Of a stretch of DNA of 64,000 nt, positions 18,639 to 28,113 are shown piece after piece. A program made the position numbers and the translations under genes. This DNA comes from a bacterium (GTDB lineage Bacteria > Patescibacteriota > Minisyncoccia > 1-14-0-10-42-19): positions 14,568 to 78,567 of the forward strand of contig JAUYHD010000029.1 of NCBI GenBank assembly GCA_030690215.1. The letters run 5' to 3'. The notes below the pieces were generated by a model. The model saw nothing but the letters and a program-made list of their open reading frames with translations, had not been told where the DNA came from and did no database searches. The stretch's first letter is position 1, and each line of letters starts with the position of its first letter.

Positions 18639-18794
18639 ATGCGGCTTGCTTATATGTTTTTTGCGGGTTTGGGCACTGGAACAATAGCTACGCTTTTATT
18701 CGCACCAGAACATGCCTATGGCATCGGGCCCGGTATCATTATTAGCGGGACAGTTGTTCTTTATGTTCTTTATCGGGGTATCACTAGAAAATAA
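18639..18794 (+). CDS. 51-aa two-TM small protein (not in ORF track)
   Basis: MRLAYMFFAGLGTGTIATLLFAPEHAYGIGPGIIISGTVVLYVLYRGITRK; perfect promoter, SD GAGGAGG, hairpin plus T-run at about 18797-18838. Confidence 0.75.
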   Translation: MRLAYMFFAGLGTGTIATLLFAPEHAYGIGPGIIISGTVVLYVLYRGITRK

Positions 18795-18904
18795 TAGAAG
18801 GGGCTTGCTTATTACTAAGCGGGCCTCTTTTTATTTTTAGCAAAAATCCCTCAAGTTAAATTTTTAGGATGAAATTACTTACATGCTGATATATAATACA
18901 ATCA

Positions 18905-19867
18905 ATGGCAAAAATCGTTGTTGGAGTACTGCGCGGAGGCCCTTCCTCTGAATATGACATTTCGCTCAAAACTGGCGAAAATGTTTTGCGTCATCTTCCC
19001 CAAGAAAAATACAAACCCTTGGATATTTTTATTTCAAAAGCAGGCGAATGGCACTTAAAAGGCCTTGTCCGCCCGCCCGAAAAAATACTACAGCATATTG
19101 ATGTCGCCTTTAACGCTATGCACGGTGAATATGGAGAAGATGGAACAGTACAAAAAATTTTCCGTGATCACGGGATCCCCCACACAGGATCGGAGGTTAT
19201 GGCATCCCGCTTTACCATAAAAAAAGATACAGCAAAAAATCTACTGGAACGCGCGGGATTAAATGTACTCCCAGGAATAACCGTGCGACCCGATGACGAT
19301 ACACAAACGACACTCACGCTCGTGCATAAAAAAATGGCGCCTCCGTGGGTAGTTAAACCGAACGGAAAAGGATCGTCCGTGGGAGTTTCGATAGTAAGGA
19401 CTTTGCCGAATTTGGAAAAAGCAATCTCTGAAGTATTCCGCATTGACTCCTTAGTACTCGTAGAAAAATATATAAAAGGCAGGGAGGCAACATGCGGTGT
19501 CCTTGAAAATTTCCGGAATGAAAAATATTATGCGCTTCCGGTTGTGGAGATAATCCCGCCACAAGGAAAGTTTTTTGACTATCAGTCAAAATATGACGGC
19601 TCAACCAAAGAGGTTTGCCCCGGAAGATTCAGCAAACGCGAAGCAACACACCTCCAGGACGCAGCAATACGTGCGCATAAAGCGCTTGGATGCAGGCATT
19701 ATTCTCGAACCGATATGATTCTTGCAAACGATACGGTATGGGTTCTTGAAACAAACACCCTCCCGGGGCTTACTTCAGAATCTCTACTCCCTAAATCCGC
19801 AGAAGCGATAGGGCTTTCTTTCCCGGGCTTATTAGACCACTTGGTCGCTCTCGCACTTAAGAAATAA
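18905..19867 (+). CDS. ddl: D-alanine--D-alanine ligase
   Basis: GGPSSEYDISL, HGEYGEDG, KPNGKGSSVG, LETNTLPG. Confidence 0.95.
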   Translation: MAKIVVGVLRGGPSSEYDISLKTGENVLRHLPQEKYKPLDIFISKAGEWHLKGLVRPPEKILQHIDVAFNAMHGEYGEDGTVQKIFRDHGIPHTGSEVMASRFTIKKDTAKNLLERAGLNVLPGITVRPDDDTQTTLTLVHKKMAPPWVVKPNGKGSSVGVSIVRTLPNLEKAISEVFRIDSLVLVEKYIKGREATCGVLENFRNEKYYALPVVEIIPPQGKFFDYQSKYDGSTKEVCPGRFSKREATHLQDAAIRAHKALGCRHYSRTDMILANDTVWVLETNTLPGLTSESLLPKSAEAIGLSFPGLLDHLVALALKK

Positions 19868-21128
19868 TAGCGCCCCCAAGCACCTGCCTGCCGGCAGGCA
19901 GGTTTCCCTCCTCCATTGAATAGAAAACTATTGATTGGCCGGGTGTTACTGCGCGTTGCGGATCTTTAAATTGAATTAAGAATTTTGAATTAGGAATTAA
20001 GGTTTCTTCCGTTATTCTTGATTCATAATTCATAATTCGTGCTACTTGTAGCGGTTGGCGATATCGTATTCGCACCTCACATTCTAAAGGCAATTCCGGA
20101 ACAACTCCGGATATCCAATGCGCGTCGCGAACGCGCAATTCCGTTTTAAATAATGCCTCTTCATATGGACCTTCGGCAACCGTAATCGTATTGATCGAAA
20201 CATCTTTATCGGTTACATAATATGGGATGCCCCCACCCACCCCTATGCCGTGACGCTGGCCGATGGTGTAAAATTCTGCCCCTTCATGCGTGCCTATTTC
20301 TTTTCCGCCGGTAGTCAGAATTTTCCCGGAACGCTTCGGCAATACTTCCTGCATAAAAGAACGGAAATCGATATTACCAACAAAACAAAGTCCCTGGGAA
20401 TCTTTTTTTGCATGTGTCGGAAGTCCAAACTTTTTTGCCATAGCGCGGACCTCTCTTTTTTCATATCCCCCAATCGGAAATAATGCGTGCTTCAATTGGT
20501 CTTGCGTTAGCGTCCATAAAAAATAACTTTGATCTTTGTTTATATCTCTCGCAACATGTAGCATATAGCGTGCGGCAGATTTCTCATTTTGAGTTTTGAA
20601 CTTTGCGCTTTGAGCTTTCCTTACATAATGTCCAGTTGCAATATAGTCTGCCCCCAAACTACGCGCCTTATTTAAAAAAACTCCGAATTTAATTTCTTTG
20701 TTGCACATGACATCTGGATTTGGCGTAAGCCCCGCTTTATATTCACGCACCATATAATCAAACACTGATGCGCGGTATTCTTTTTCGAGATCAAATACAT
20801 AAAATGGAATATGCAATTTTTCTGCGACTCGTCGGGCATCCTCCGCGTCTTGTGCGGATGTACAATACGCCCCCTCTGACCAGCACTTCATATAGGCGCC
20901 GATTACTTCGTATTCCCCACTTTGAACCAACAAAGCAGCCGCAACGGACGAATCAACCCCGCCGGACATCGCTACGAAGACCTTTTTACCCCGAGTAGTA
21001 TTGAGGGGCTTGCCCCGAGTGCTATCGGGGGGCTTGCCCCGAGCCCCGCCAGAAGCGGGATCGAGGGGCTTGCCCCGAGCCCCGCCAGAAGCGGGATCGA
21101 GGGGTTTGTTGTTTTGATTAATTGACAT
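19857..21128 (-). CDS. mnmA: tRNA-specific 2-thiouridylase with repeat-derived insertions
   Basis: AMSGGVDSS, TPNPDVMCN, ATGHY, KDQSYFL, DSQGLCF, AVTPGQ. Confidence 0.97.
   Translation of the reverse strand: MSINQNNKPLDPASGGARGKPLDPASGGARGKPPDSTRGKPLNTTRGKKVFVAMSGGVDSSVAAALLVQSGEYEVIGAYMKCWSEGAYCTSAQDAEDARRVAEKLHIPFYVFDLEKEYRASVFDYMVREYKAGLTPNPDVMCNKEIKFGVFLNKARSLGADYIATGHYVRKAQSAKFKTQNEKSAARYMLHVARDINKDQSYFLWTLTQDQLKHALFPIGGYEKREVRAMAKKFGLPTHAKKDSQGLCFVGNIDFRSFMQEVLPKRSGKILTTGGKEIGTHEGAEFYTIGQRHGIGVGGGIPYYVTDKDVSINTITVAEGPYEEALFKTELRVRDAHWISGVVPELPLECEVRIRYRQPLQVARIMNYESRITEETLIPNSKFLIQFKDPQRAVTPGQSIVFYSMEEGNLPAGRQVLGGAIIS
19882..19903. repeat. Perfect 22-bp palindrome in frame in mnmA (LPAGRQ)
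   Basis: ACCTGCCTGCCGGCAGGCAGGT. Confidence 0.9.
20985..21104. repeat. Tandem array of four palindromic units (24+24+36+36 bp) in the mnmA 5' end
   Basis: CTTGCCCCGAG..GAGGGG units encoding PLDPASGGARGK x2, PPDSTRGK, PLNTTRGK. Confidence 0.92.
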
Positions 21129-21181
21129 CGTAGTGTATCTATGATAAAAAAAATATAGAAAAAATTCAAGGAGATACGCAA

Positions 21182-21394
21182 TTGCTACTACTTATAACGG
21201 GAATGTTTAGCGGGTATTTCTCAATTGGGATACTCATCGTTATCGGAATAAGACTCGCTACAAAAAAAGACCGCGAAAAAATACCGGTTGAAACTAAGAG
21301 AAAACTTTATCAAAAATGGTTCTTCTTGTGGGGCGTACTCGCTGTTCTTTGGCTTCTTGGTCAATTTGGACAATTTGGGAGATTCTCCCGATAA
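21182..21394 (+). CDS. Small two-TM hypothetical protein
   Basis: TTG start after SD AAGGAG; two hydrophobic segments. Confidence 0.5.
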   Translation: MLLLITGMFSGYFSIGILIVIGIRLATKKDREKIPVETKRKLYQKWFFLWGVLAVLWLLGQFGQFGRFSR

Positions 21395-21417
21395 ACCAAT
21401 AAGGACGCGATGCGTCC

Positions 21418-22332
21418 TTATTTTATTTTTTGCTGGAGCTCACGGATATGTTCGGACGCAATCCCGAATCCTATGCCTACCTGCGAAACATCCCCGACCA
21501 ATTTTACCGTTTCATTATATAAATCAACATTAAACTTTACCGGATCAATACCGCCAATTGCAAAACCGGAAGAATATCCCGCCGGAAGTGTTATTAATTT
21601 TTCAACCGGAATATCCGTCTGGCGCGAACTCACCATCCCAATAACACGCCCCGTAATAGCGGAAAAAATAGGCCCCCCGCTATTCCCTTTATTTACGAAT
21701 GCATTAATGCTTAACTGGCGAACGCCTCCGCTTTCGTCTTTTGCAGAAATAACCCCCCTATGTATTAAAATGCGCGAAAGCCCCCTATTGAACGCCGCAA
21801 TCCCGATTTCTTCCCCTATTTCAATATTTTCAAAATACCCCAAAGAAACCGCGGGAAAATTTTTTCCATCTACACCAACGAGGGCGGTGTCTGAAACGCT
21901 GTCTTTTGCAAGCACGCGTGCTTCCAAGACGCGTCCATCAACTGTCTGGACATCAAAGGAACCCCCAACAGCGTCGGCAACATGCGCGGCTGTCGCAATA
22001 ATACCTCGCGAATCAATAAAAAATCCCGATCCCTTTACTTCCCCTTCGTCCACAATCATCACGGTCGCCCTCTTTACCGTTTCGGCATATAAAGAAAAAT
22101 CTTCCGCTTCAATAAAGCCCGATTCCTTCAAAGAAACAATTTGGCGCTCCTTTTCGTCCAACGCCTTGTCCAGTAGTAAGAAACGCTCCTCAAATGAATC
22201 CGAAAGGGCTGTAAGCATCGATTCGGTCTTGCGCGCGCTTTGACCACTTTGATATGCAATAATTATTACGACACCCGCAAGAAAAAAAATTGCTAGAGGT
22301 ATCGCATGTCTTTTTAAAAAATTCATATACAT
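21418..22332 (-). CDS. Membrane-anchored trypsin-like (S1C) serine protease
   Basis: GSGFF, TAAHV, DTALV, GNSGGP. Confidence 0.9.
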   Translation of the reverse strand: MYMNFLKRHAIPLAIFFLAGVVIIIAYQSGQSARKTESMLTALSDSFEERFLLLDKALDEKERQIVSLKESGFIEAEDFSLYAETVKRATVMIVDEGEVKGSGFFIDSRGIIATAAHVADAVGGSFDVQTVDGRVLEARVLAKDSVSDTALVGVDGKNFPAVSLGYFENIEIGEEIGIAAFNRGLSRILIHRGVISAKDESGGVRQLSINAFVNKGNSGGPIFSAITGRVIGMVSSRQTDIPVEKLITLPAGYSSGFAIGGIDPVKFNVDLYNETVKLVGDVSQVGIGFGIASEHIRELQQKIK

Positions 22333-23429
22333 TATTTAAGATATCGCGTCTTGTTCTCTTTGTGCTCTTCAAATGTTTTTGCGTAATGCGCCTGTCCCTC
22401 CGCGTCATGCAAATAGTACCAATAATCGCTCTCTTCGGGGAAAATGGCAGCTTCAATCGCCTCTAACCCGGGGTTTGAAATGGGTGTTGGAGGAAGACCT
22501 AGTCGCTTGTACACATTATACGGGGAATCAATATTCAGATCGTCTATGCTTAACTCAAAAGAACCCCTTCCCGTCACATATGAAAGTACCGCGTCAACCT
22601 GAAGCGGATAATCCTGTTCAAGCCGCTTCCATAAAATACCCGAGATAATCCGACCGTCATCCCCATCAAATGCTTCGCGCTCAATAATAGAGGCCATAAT
22701 GAGCACGTCATAAAAATCCTTCCCTTGATTTTTAATCGCCTCCCGCAATTCGGAAGTAATTTTTCGGTCAAAATTTTCAAGCATCGCATGCACTACTCCT
22801 TGTGGTGACACTCCGGGTGGGAAAAAATATGTATCAGGAAATAAAAATCCCTCAAGACCTTCGCCTGCCGGCTTTGCCTCTAATAGATCTGTTTTTATGC
22901 TGTAGTCATTTGCGAGCGGCAGATATTCTCCGTTATTTCCATAATGAAGCGAATGAAGACCGGCTGCGCGCCAAAAATCTTCTGCGCTAAAAAATCCCCG
23001 CTCTTCAAAAAAAAGACCCATCCCATACACGGTCGCCCCTTCCGCAATAGTCGCCCGAAACGGAGTTACTTCGTAATTTCCGTCGGTAAGGCGGTACATA
23101 ATGTCAATTAAAGAAAGCGGCTGCTCAAAATAATAAAGTCCCGCTTTGATATCCCGCTCATATCCGAATGCCATTACCAATACGGAAAAAAGAAGGGGCG
23201 ATCTGATAACATTATGCGAACGCAGAGATGCCGCTATTTCACGCAAGCCCCTTCCCTCTTCTATTTCAAAAATCTTGTCGCTCGGAAAATCGTATGGGGG
23301 AAGAAAAAGCATGATTGCGGTGAAAACAAGCCACAAAAAAAACGCCATGCCGGCAATCCAAAACACGCGTTTATGACGGATGCGTTCATATATCAGATAG
23401 CCCTTTTTTGTCTTATCTATACTATCCAT
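22332..23429 (-). CDS. mltG: Endolytic transglycosylase
   Basis: LEGFLFPDTY, MASIIERE, LQVDA, SPYNVY..GLPPTPISNPG; start refined (TACAAT 6 nt upstream). Confidence 0.93.
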   Translation of the reverse strand: MDSIDKTKKGYLIYERIRHKRVFWIAGMAFFLWLVFTAIMLFLPPYDFPSDKIFEIEEGRGLREIAASLRSHNVIRSPLLFSVLVMAFGYERDIKAGLYYFEQPLSLIDIMYRLTDGNYEVTPFRATIAEGATVYGMGLFFEERGFFSAEDFWRAAGLHSLHYGNNGEYLPLANDYSIKTDLLEAKPAGEGLEGFLFPDTYFFPPGVSPQGVVHAMLENFDRKITSELREAIKNQGKDFYDVLIMASIIEREAFDGDDGRIISGILWKRLEQDYPLQVDAVLSYVTGRGSFELSIDDLNIDSPYNVYKRLGLPPTPISNPGLEAIEAAIFPEESDYWYYLHDAEGQAHYAKTFEEHKENKTRYLK

Positions 23430-23539
23430 TACGCCATTGTAACATCTCTTATGTTCATACGACACGCACCCGCATAAATGAATAACCGCACCGCAAACAG
23501 TGCGGTATTCGCGCTGATTGCGGTCTTGCGGTTATTCCA

Positions 23540-23637
23540 CCCAGCACATAAGTTTAAACAACGTCATTTTTTAACCGGCTTTTGTTCGATGGATACTGCA
23601 TTCATACAGCGACGTGCTATTAAACTTATGTGCTGGG
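23540..23637. mobile_element. 98-bp MITE-like element (CCCAGCACATAA family)
   Basis: Perfect 18-bp TIR CCCAGCACATAAGTTTAA; shorter sibling at 45156-45213. Confidence 0.75.
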
Positions 23638-23661
23638 TTTATTATCTGCATACCGCATCCA

Positions 23662-23735
23662 CCTCGTTAGAAATTTCCTCAATAAAAAAACAACATAAAA
23701 CGCGTAATTTTCTTATACGGTAATTTCTAACGGGG
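23662..23735. mobile_element. 74-bp MITE-like element (CCCCGTTAGA family)
   Basis: CCTCGTTAGAAATT / AATTTCTAACGGGG; flanks TCCA/TTCA. Confidence 0.7.
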
Positions 23736-23775
23736 TTCACCCTCGCAAGAGACGACCCAGCTTCGCCAAAGCTTT

Positions 23776-23805
23776 TCCGCCCAAGGCGGATCCGCCTTTG
23801 GCGGA
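23776..23805. repeat. 30-bp TCCGCC double hairpin, intergenic copy
   Basis: TCCGCCCAAGGCGGATCCGCCTTTGGCGGA, 1 mismatch to the leuS copy. Confidence 0.9.
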
Positions 23806-23847
23806 AGCGAGGTAAGGGCTCACCATGGGTGGTTGCGGGCAGATAAT

Positions 23848-23881
23848 AAAATGCCCGTTCCGCATTTTGCGGAACGGGCGT
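23848..23881 (-). terminator. Terminator hairpin after the 849-aa gene
   Basis: GCCCGTTCCGCA-TTT-TGCGGAACGGGC. Confidence 0.7.
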
Positions 23882-23887
23882 AGAGTA

Positions 23888-26437
23888 TTATTTTTCTTCA
23901 ATCGGAAGACATCCAAGAGTAGTTTCAACATACATATTTATGTACGTGACATTTGAAATATCGTCTTCAAGACGCTGTTTCCCGTGGCCGTAAAACCCTG
24001 ACTCTATTTCTATAATACGGCCTTCTTTAGAAAGAATACGCGCAAACGCAACCCCAAAATCAGTTACTTTTGATTTGCTGTCTTCAAATGGCGTATGGGT
24101 GCAAATCGTAGGGCATTGCAATGAAAGCCGCTGTCCCAACTCCACCTCATAATGCTGGACAGATGTCGCCTGATGCCAATTTGCAGGAACAACAACATGG
24201 GCTTTTCTATATTTCGCAAGAGCGCGTTCAGAAGGAATACTGATAGTTTCGGTTCGCGCTGTCCCCGGATGTGTTGATTTGAAATTCAAACCGGATATGG
24301 GGCTCGTATAATGAATTTTCTGCGAAAGATTGTCTTTTATTATCTTAGAGCTGACAACCTTATGAAGCCCCGCGAAATTATACCCAAGCTTTTCAATACA
24401 CGAAGCAATTTCTCGCACAAGATATGCTTTCAGCGAATGCGTGAATTCAGACAAAGGAGATGTGCCTTCTCTTTTCTTCCAGTCATCATGGTTCCCAGAA
24501 ACATACAAAAATGTAACCAGGGCGGAAAGAATCGCTTGTCTGAGAGCCTCGGGAGAATGGTCCGGAGCTTTCGCATGCCACTCTTCAAATCGCGCGCGAA
24601 ATACCTCCATAACAACCTTGCCAACTATATGCGATGCTATCTTTTCTTGCTGGCTATCATTTGCTCCTGCTAAAATCTCTCCCCGCGCGAGTAACCCATG
24701 CTGCATTCCCTGGGTAAAATCACCGGAACCTACTAATAGGTTAGCATTGCGCCGCAAAATAAGAGCTGGCACTTCATGCACAAAAAATTCTCCGTCGCTA
24801 TAGACCGCACCCCCGTGCAAACAACCAAATCCGACAATGCTATCTTCTTTGAAATTGCTTTCGTCTTTAAACGGATACTCCACTTTTTTCTGAAGCACAT
24901 ACGGCGCAAAATCATATTCATCAGAATGTTCATCATGAACGATTTTGAACTTTGATTGCTTCATGTTCTCAATTTCTTTTCTTATCTCTTCGCGAGTCGC
25001 TTTATTCCCCATGCTATGGAGATGATATTCAATCATCCCGAGACGCTGTGGTCCCTTTTTAACCTGTTCAAAAATAAGCGCGCCTAATTCCGAAAGATCT
25101 TTTGGTGTTTTAACATGAGAACGCTCTTCCTTTACCAAATCCTTAAACGACCGATTTATGGTTGAAAACGTCCCATCAGGAAGGTACTTGAAAAAGCCTA
25201 CGCCGATCTGGTTCTCTGACGAGCGCGTTTCCATGATATTGTGAAGGGCCGGAGCAGTAACCCATGGCCGTTTTGCCTCTCCTTGAGGACGCTCAACACT
25301 TGCGGCAAAACACCCAACAAGAAAAACATCCGGCAAAATATGAGACGAACGCTTCTCTACATCCTGCAATTCGCGCTGCGGAGCTGTCGAATAATACCGT
25401 GAACGCCACGATGCCTTGCTTGGAACAACCGGCAAAATAGTTTTATCAATATATTTTACATACAAAGGATTCTGTTCTGCCGTTTTGTTATTCCAAAACA
25501 CGATATCTTCCTTGCGGATTTCAGCAAGCCGTTTTGCTATCTGCTCCCCTATCTCGCCATCATAGGCAGGACTTGTTACGATATAGAGCTTTGCGAAACT
25601 GCCGTCCGGCTTTTTAATTTGCGGGATGACATTGGCAAGTTCGCTTGCGGCATCTCCATAAAAGTCGCCCGCATCAAGGAGTTTCTCTTTTTCCCTCTCT
25701 TGCAGACTCAAGTCGCGCCAAAATTCCTGCTGCTTGAGTTCCTGCAGGCGATCTTTTAAATACAGTTTTAACTGTGCTTTAAGGGCCCGCTTATCTACAA
25801 GACCACCGACCAATATATTAAAAACGGTGTTCTTGCGTTGGAACTCCTGCATGCCCCGCTTTACAAGAGCGTCGCGATATCCGTCGCTCCCATAATCAAT
25901 ACGCGAACAATATCCGATGTAGCATGCGCCATCTTCAGCCCATCCTTTTTCAATCTCAAGAACAGAAGGATTGATTTTATTCTTTTCGTGTTTCTTTTCG
26001 CGGTCTTTCCGATATTGTTCCGCATTAACCTGGGAAGAGCCCGGATCTTTTTTTACACCCCGAACGCCAAGCTGTTTGCGAATATCGTAACGCTGTTGCG
26101 GACTTAACGACCTCAACGCCGGGAACCTCTTTACCTGCTCCTCAAAAGACAGCGAAAACGCCTCCGAAAGAGCGTCATGGTCCTCTTCTTTCGGGAAAAA
26201 CGTATAAAGCAAATTCTTTTTCCGGCCAAGATTTTCCCATGCTTTCTGCAGGGTATCTCCTTTTTTCTGCCTACGCAACCTGCTAAGAATCGCTCCAAAA
26301 GAAAAATCTTTAAGCGCCTTCTCTTTCTCAACTTCTTTCTGCAGATCTTCCTTGATAACGCAACGGCTTAAAGCGTTCCCAAGCGCGTCAACATTCGCCT
26401 TTCCTTCCTTTGTTTTCACGTCCCATGTTCTCGACAT
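23888..26437 (-). CDS. Large hypothetical protein: degenerate metallophosphoesterase domain + wHTH + metallophosphoesterase domain
   Basis: C-terminal GCLHGG, GSGDFTQG, SGNHDDW, THPG, ANWH; N-terminal eroded copy (SRIDYG, VGGLVD); start refined to ATG after GGAGG. Confidence 0.7.
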   Translation of the reverse strand: MSRTWDVKTKEGKANVDALGNALSRCVIKEDLQKEVEKEKALKDFSFGAILSRLRRQKKGDTLQKAWENLGRKKNLLYTFFPKEEDHDALSEAFSLSFEEQVKRFPALRSLSPQQRYDIRKQLGVRGVKKDPGSSQVNAEQYRKDREKKHEKNKINPSVLEIEKGWAEDGACYIGYCSRIDYGSDGYRDALVKRGMQEFQRKNTVFNILVGGLVDKRALKAQLKLYLKDRLQELKQQEFWRDLSLQEREKEKLLDAGDFYGDAASELANVIPQIKKPDGSFAKLYIVTSPAYDGEIGEQIAKRLAEIRKEDIVFWNNKTAEQNPLYVKYIDKTILPVVPSKASWRSRYYSTAPQRELQDVEKRSSHILPDVFLVGCFAASVERPQGEAKRPWVTAPALHNIMETRSSENQIGVGFFKYLPDGTFSTINRSFKDLVKEERSHVKTPKDLSELGALIFEQVKKGPQRLGMIEYHLHSMGNKATREEIRKEIENMKQSKFKIVHDEHSDEYDFAPYVLQKKVEYPFKDESNFKEDSIVGFGCLHGGAVYSDGEFFVHEVPALILRRNANLLVGSGDFTQGMQHGLLARGEILAGANDSQQEKIASHIVGKVVMEVFRARFEEWHAKAPDHSPEALRQAILSALVTFLYVSGNHDDWKKREGTSPLSEFTHSLKAYLVREIASCIEKLGYNFAGLHKVVSSKIIKDNLSQKIHYTSPISGLNFKSTHPGTARTETISIPSERALAKYRKAHVVVPANWHQATSVQHYEVELGQRLSLQCPTICTHTPFEDSKSKVTDFGVAFARILSKEGRIIEIESGFYGHGKQRLEDDISNVTYINMYVETTLGCLPIEEK

Positions 26438-26675
26438 GTCTGCCTCCCTGTTGAAGTCCAAAAGCTCAATATGATTTTTTCAAATAACTACACTTTTATT
26501 ATAACCGAACAGAGACCATTTGCAGGACAAAAATACAGTTAGACAGTAAATCAAGGAGTCCGTAAACCCCGTTAGAAGTACCGCTATCTAACCGTGCGAT
26601 ATTCTTGTATGGTATCTTTCATTTCCTATATACCGCCCATGGACTTAAAAACGCTCCACTTTTTGCGAAACGTTT

Positions 26676-27503
26676 TTAATAGCCACCAACAAATTCACGA
26701 AATCGTTTTTGCAATTCTCTTGTATGCAAGCCGACTTTCCCGTTCCCCACCATGTTGCTATTAATCTTTACAACAGGCAAAATCTCTTTATTGGTTGCGG
26801 TAAGAAACGCTTCAGACGCTTTAGGCACTTCATCTAAGCGGATATCCCGCTCTTCAATCCGAAAATCTTTTTTTGCGAGAGAGAGAACAAAATTGCGAGT
26901 AGTCCCTATTAATACATTTTTCTTCGGCGTAATGAGCCTGCTCCCCCTTACAAGAAAAAAATTACTTGTAGTCGCTTCAAGAATGTCGCCGTGGTACGTG
27001 TAGAGCATCTCTCTATACCGTTTATGCTTCTTAAAATTTCGCATCTTAAGCGCGATCATGTAATTATTTGTTTTTGCTTCAGGAATATCCCGAAGGTATT
27101 CATGCGTCAGCACCGGGATTCCTTTCGTATACAATATGTCGGGCAATGGTTCTGATTTTTCGGCAAGAATAAAAAATGTCGGTTTTTCAATAAAAAACAC
27201 GCTTGTGCTCGGTCCTCCGGTCAATACAAAACGCAAACAAGTTTCTGGAAATGCATTTTTTTCTATAAGCGCGTGTGTCGCTTTTTCGATATTCTTGCGG
27301 GAAACGGAAATCTGCAAATGGAGTTTTTTTGCGGATTCTTCAAACCGATCAAGGTGCTCTTTCATTAAAAACGGCTTACCATTATAGGTGCGTAAAAAAT
27401 CAAAAACTCCATACCCGCGAAGCACCCCCAAATCATTCAAACGAAAATCCGCATCTTTAAAAAGAACAATCTTTCCGTTAAAAAAACAGTGGCTGCCTAT
27501 CAT
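26676..27503 (-). CDS. Class IV PLP aminotransferase (branched-chain/D-amino acid type)
   Basis: DLGVLRGYGVFD, EAKTNNY, EATTSNFF, LIGTTR, EAFLTAT. Confidence 0.9.
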   Translation of the reverse strand: MIGSHCFFNGKIVLFKDADFRLNDLGVLRGYGVFDFLRTYNGKPFLMKEHLDRFEESAKKLHLQISVSRKNIEKATHALIEKNAFPETCLRFVLTGGPSTSVFFIEKPTFFILAEKSEPLPDILYTKGIPVLTHEYLRDIPEAKTNNYMIALKMRNFKKHKRYREMLYTYHGDILEATTSNFFLVRGSRLITPKKNVLIGTTRNFVLSLAKKDFRIEERDIRLDEVPKASEAFLTATNKEILPVVKINSNMVGNGKVGLHTRELQKRFREFVGGY

Positions 27504-27605
27504 CTTAATTTTCATTATAAAAGAAAAACGGATGCAAAGATAGAAACATTGACACCAAAGCAAAAACATGTCACCATTGAAGAAACGCAAGAGGAGAGCC
27601 ATCGT

Positions 27606-28064
27606 ATGAAAAAAGAAACGGCATACCAGACATACCGCAAACAGCTTGTATTATTGGCAAATGAATACCATGATATTTTCCGGGATACCATGAGAGACGC
27701 GCTCGTAGTGCACACAAAAAAGTTAACGTCCGCTCTATTAAAACAAGCAGACCGCATAACGCTAGACGATCCTCTCCCCCAACTTCTTACTATTATCCCC
27801 GATATATATATAAAAGAAGATATTCTTGCGCAAACAATGCAGAATAATGGAAGAGATATGCCGAAGCATTTTCTTATGAAAATGCGAACGGAAAAAAAGA
27901 GAACGAAAACTTTGCCGTATGTAATCATGCACCTACAAAACGGCGAAAACTCGTTAGAGTATCCGGCCAACACACTAAATTTTCTCGAAAAAATCTTCTT
28001 TTTTATGTACTCAGGAAAATTTCCTTCCAAAGACACAACGTACCAAAAGCTAATCATCGCATAA
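27606..28064 (+). CDS. Hypothetical protein (152 aa)
   Basis: SD GAGGAG before ATG 27606; terminator directly downstream. Confidence 0.6.
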   Translation: MKKETAYQTYRKQLVLLANEYHDIFRDTMRDALVVHTKKLTSALLKQADRITLDDPLPQLLTIIPDIYIKEDILAQTMQNNGRDMPKHFLMKMRTEKKRTKTLPYVIMHLQNGENSLEYPANTLNFLEKIFFFMYSGKFPSKDTTYQKLIIA

Positions 28065-28067
28065 ATT

Positions 28068-28104
28068 AAAAAGGACAGACACGGAGTGTCTGTCCCCTTT
28101 TTTT
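28068..28104. terminator. Likely bidirectional terminator between convergent genes
   Basis: GGACAGACAC-GGA-GTGTCTGTCC with A-run before and T-run after. Confidence 0.75.
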
Positions 28105-28113
28105 ATCTAATCG

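Noticed and set aside
20985-21104. CRISPR-like repeat array
   Set aside because: Units are directly abutting with no unique spacers and lie in frame within mnmA.
21410-22243. 277-aa plus-strand ORF
   Set aside because: Antisense shadow of the serine protease with no recognisable motifs.
23737-23931. 64-aa ORF containing SAKGGSALGG
   Set aside because: Chance reading frame through a terminator and the 30-bp palindromic repeat.
27515-28057. 180-aa minus-strand ORF
   Set aside because: Antisense to the plus-strand ORF, which has the SD sequence and terminator.
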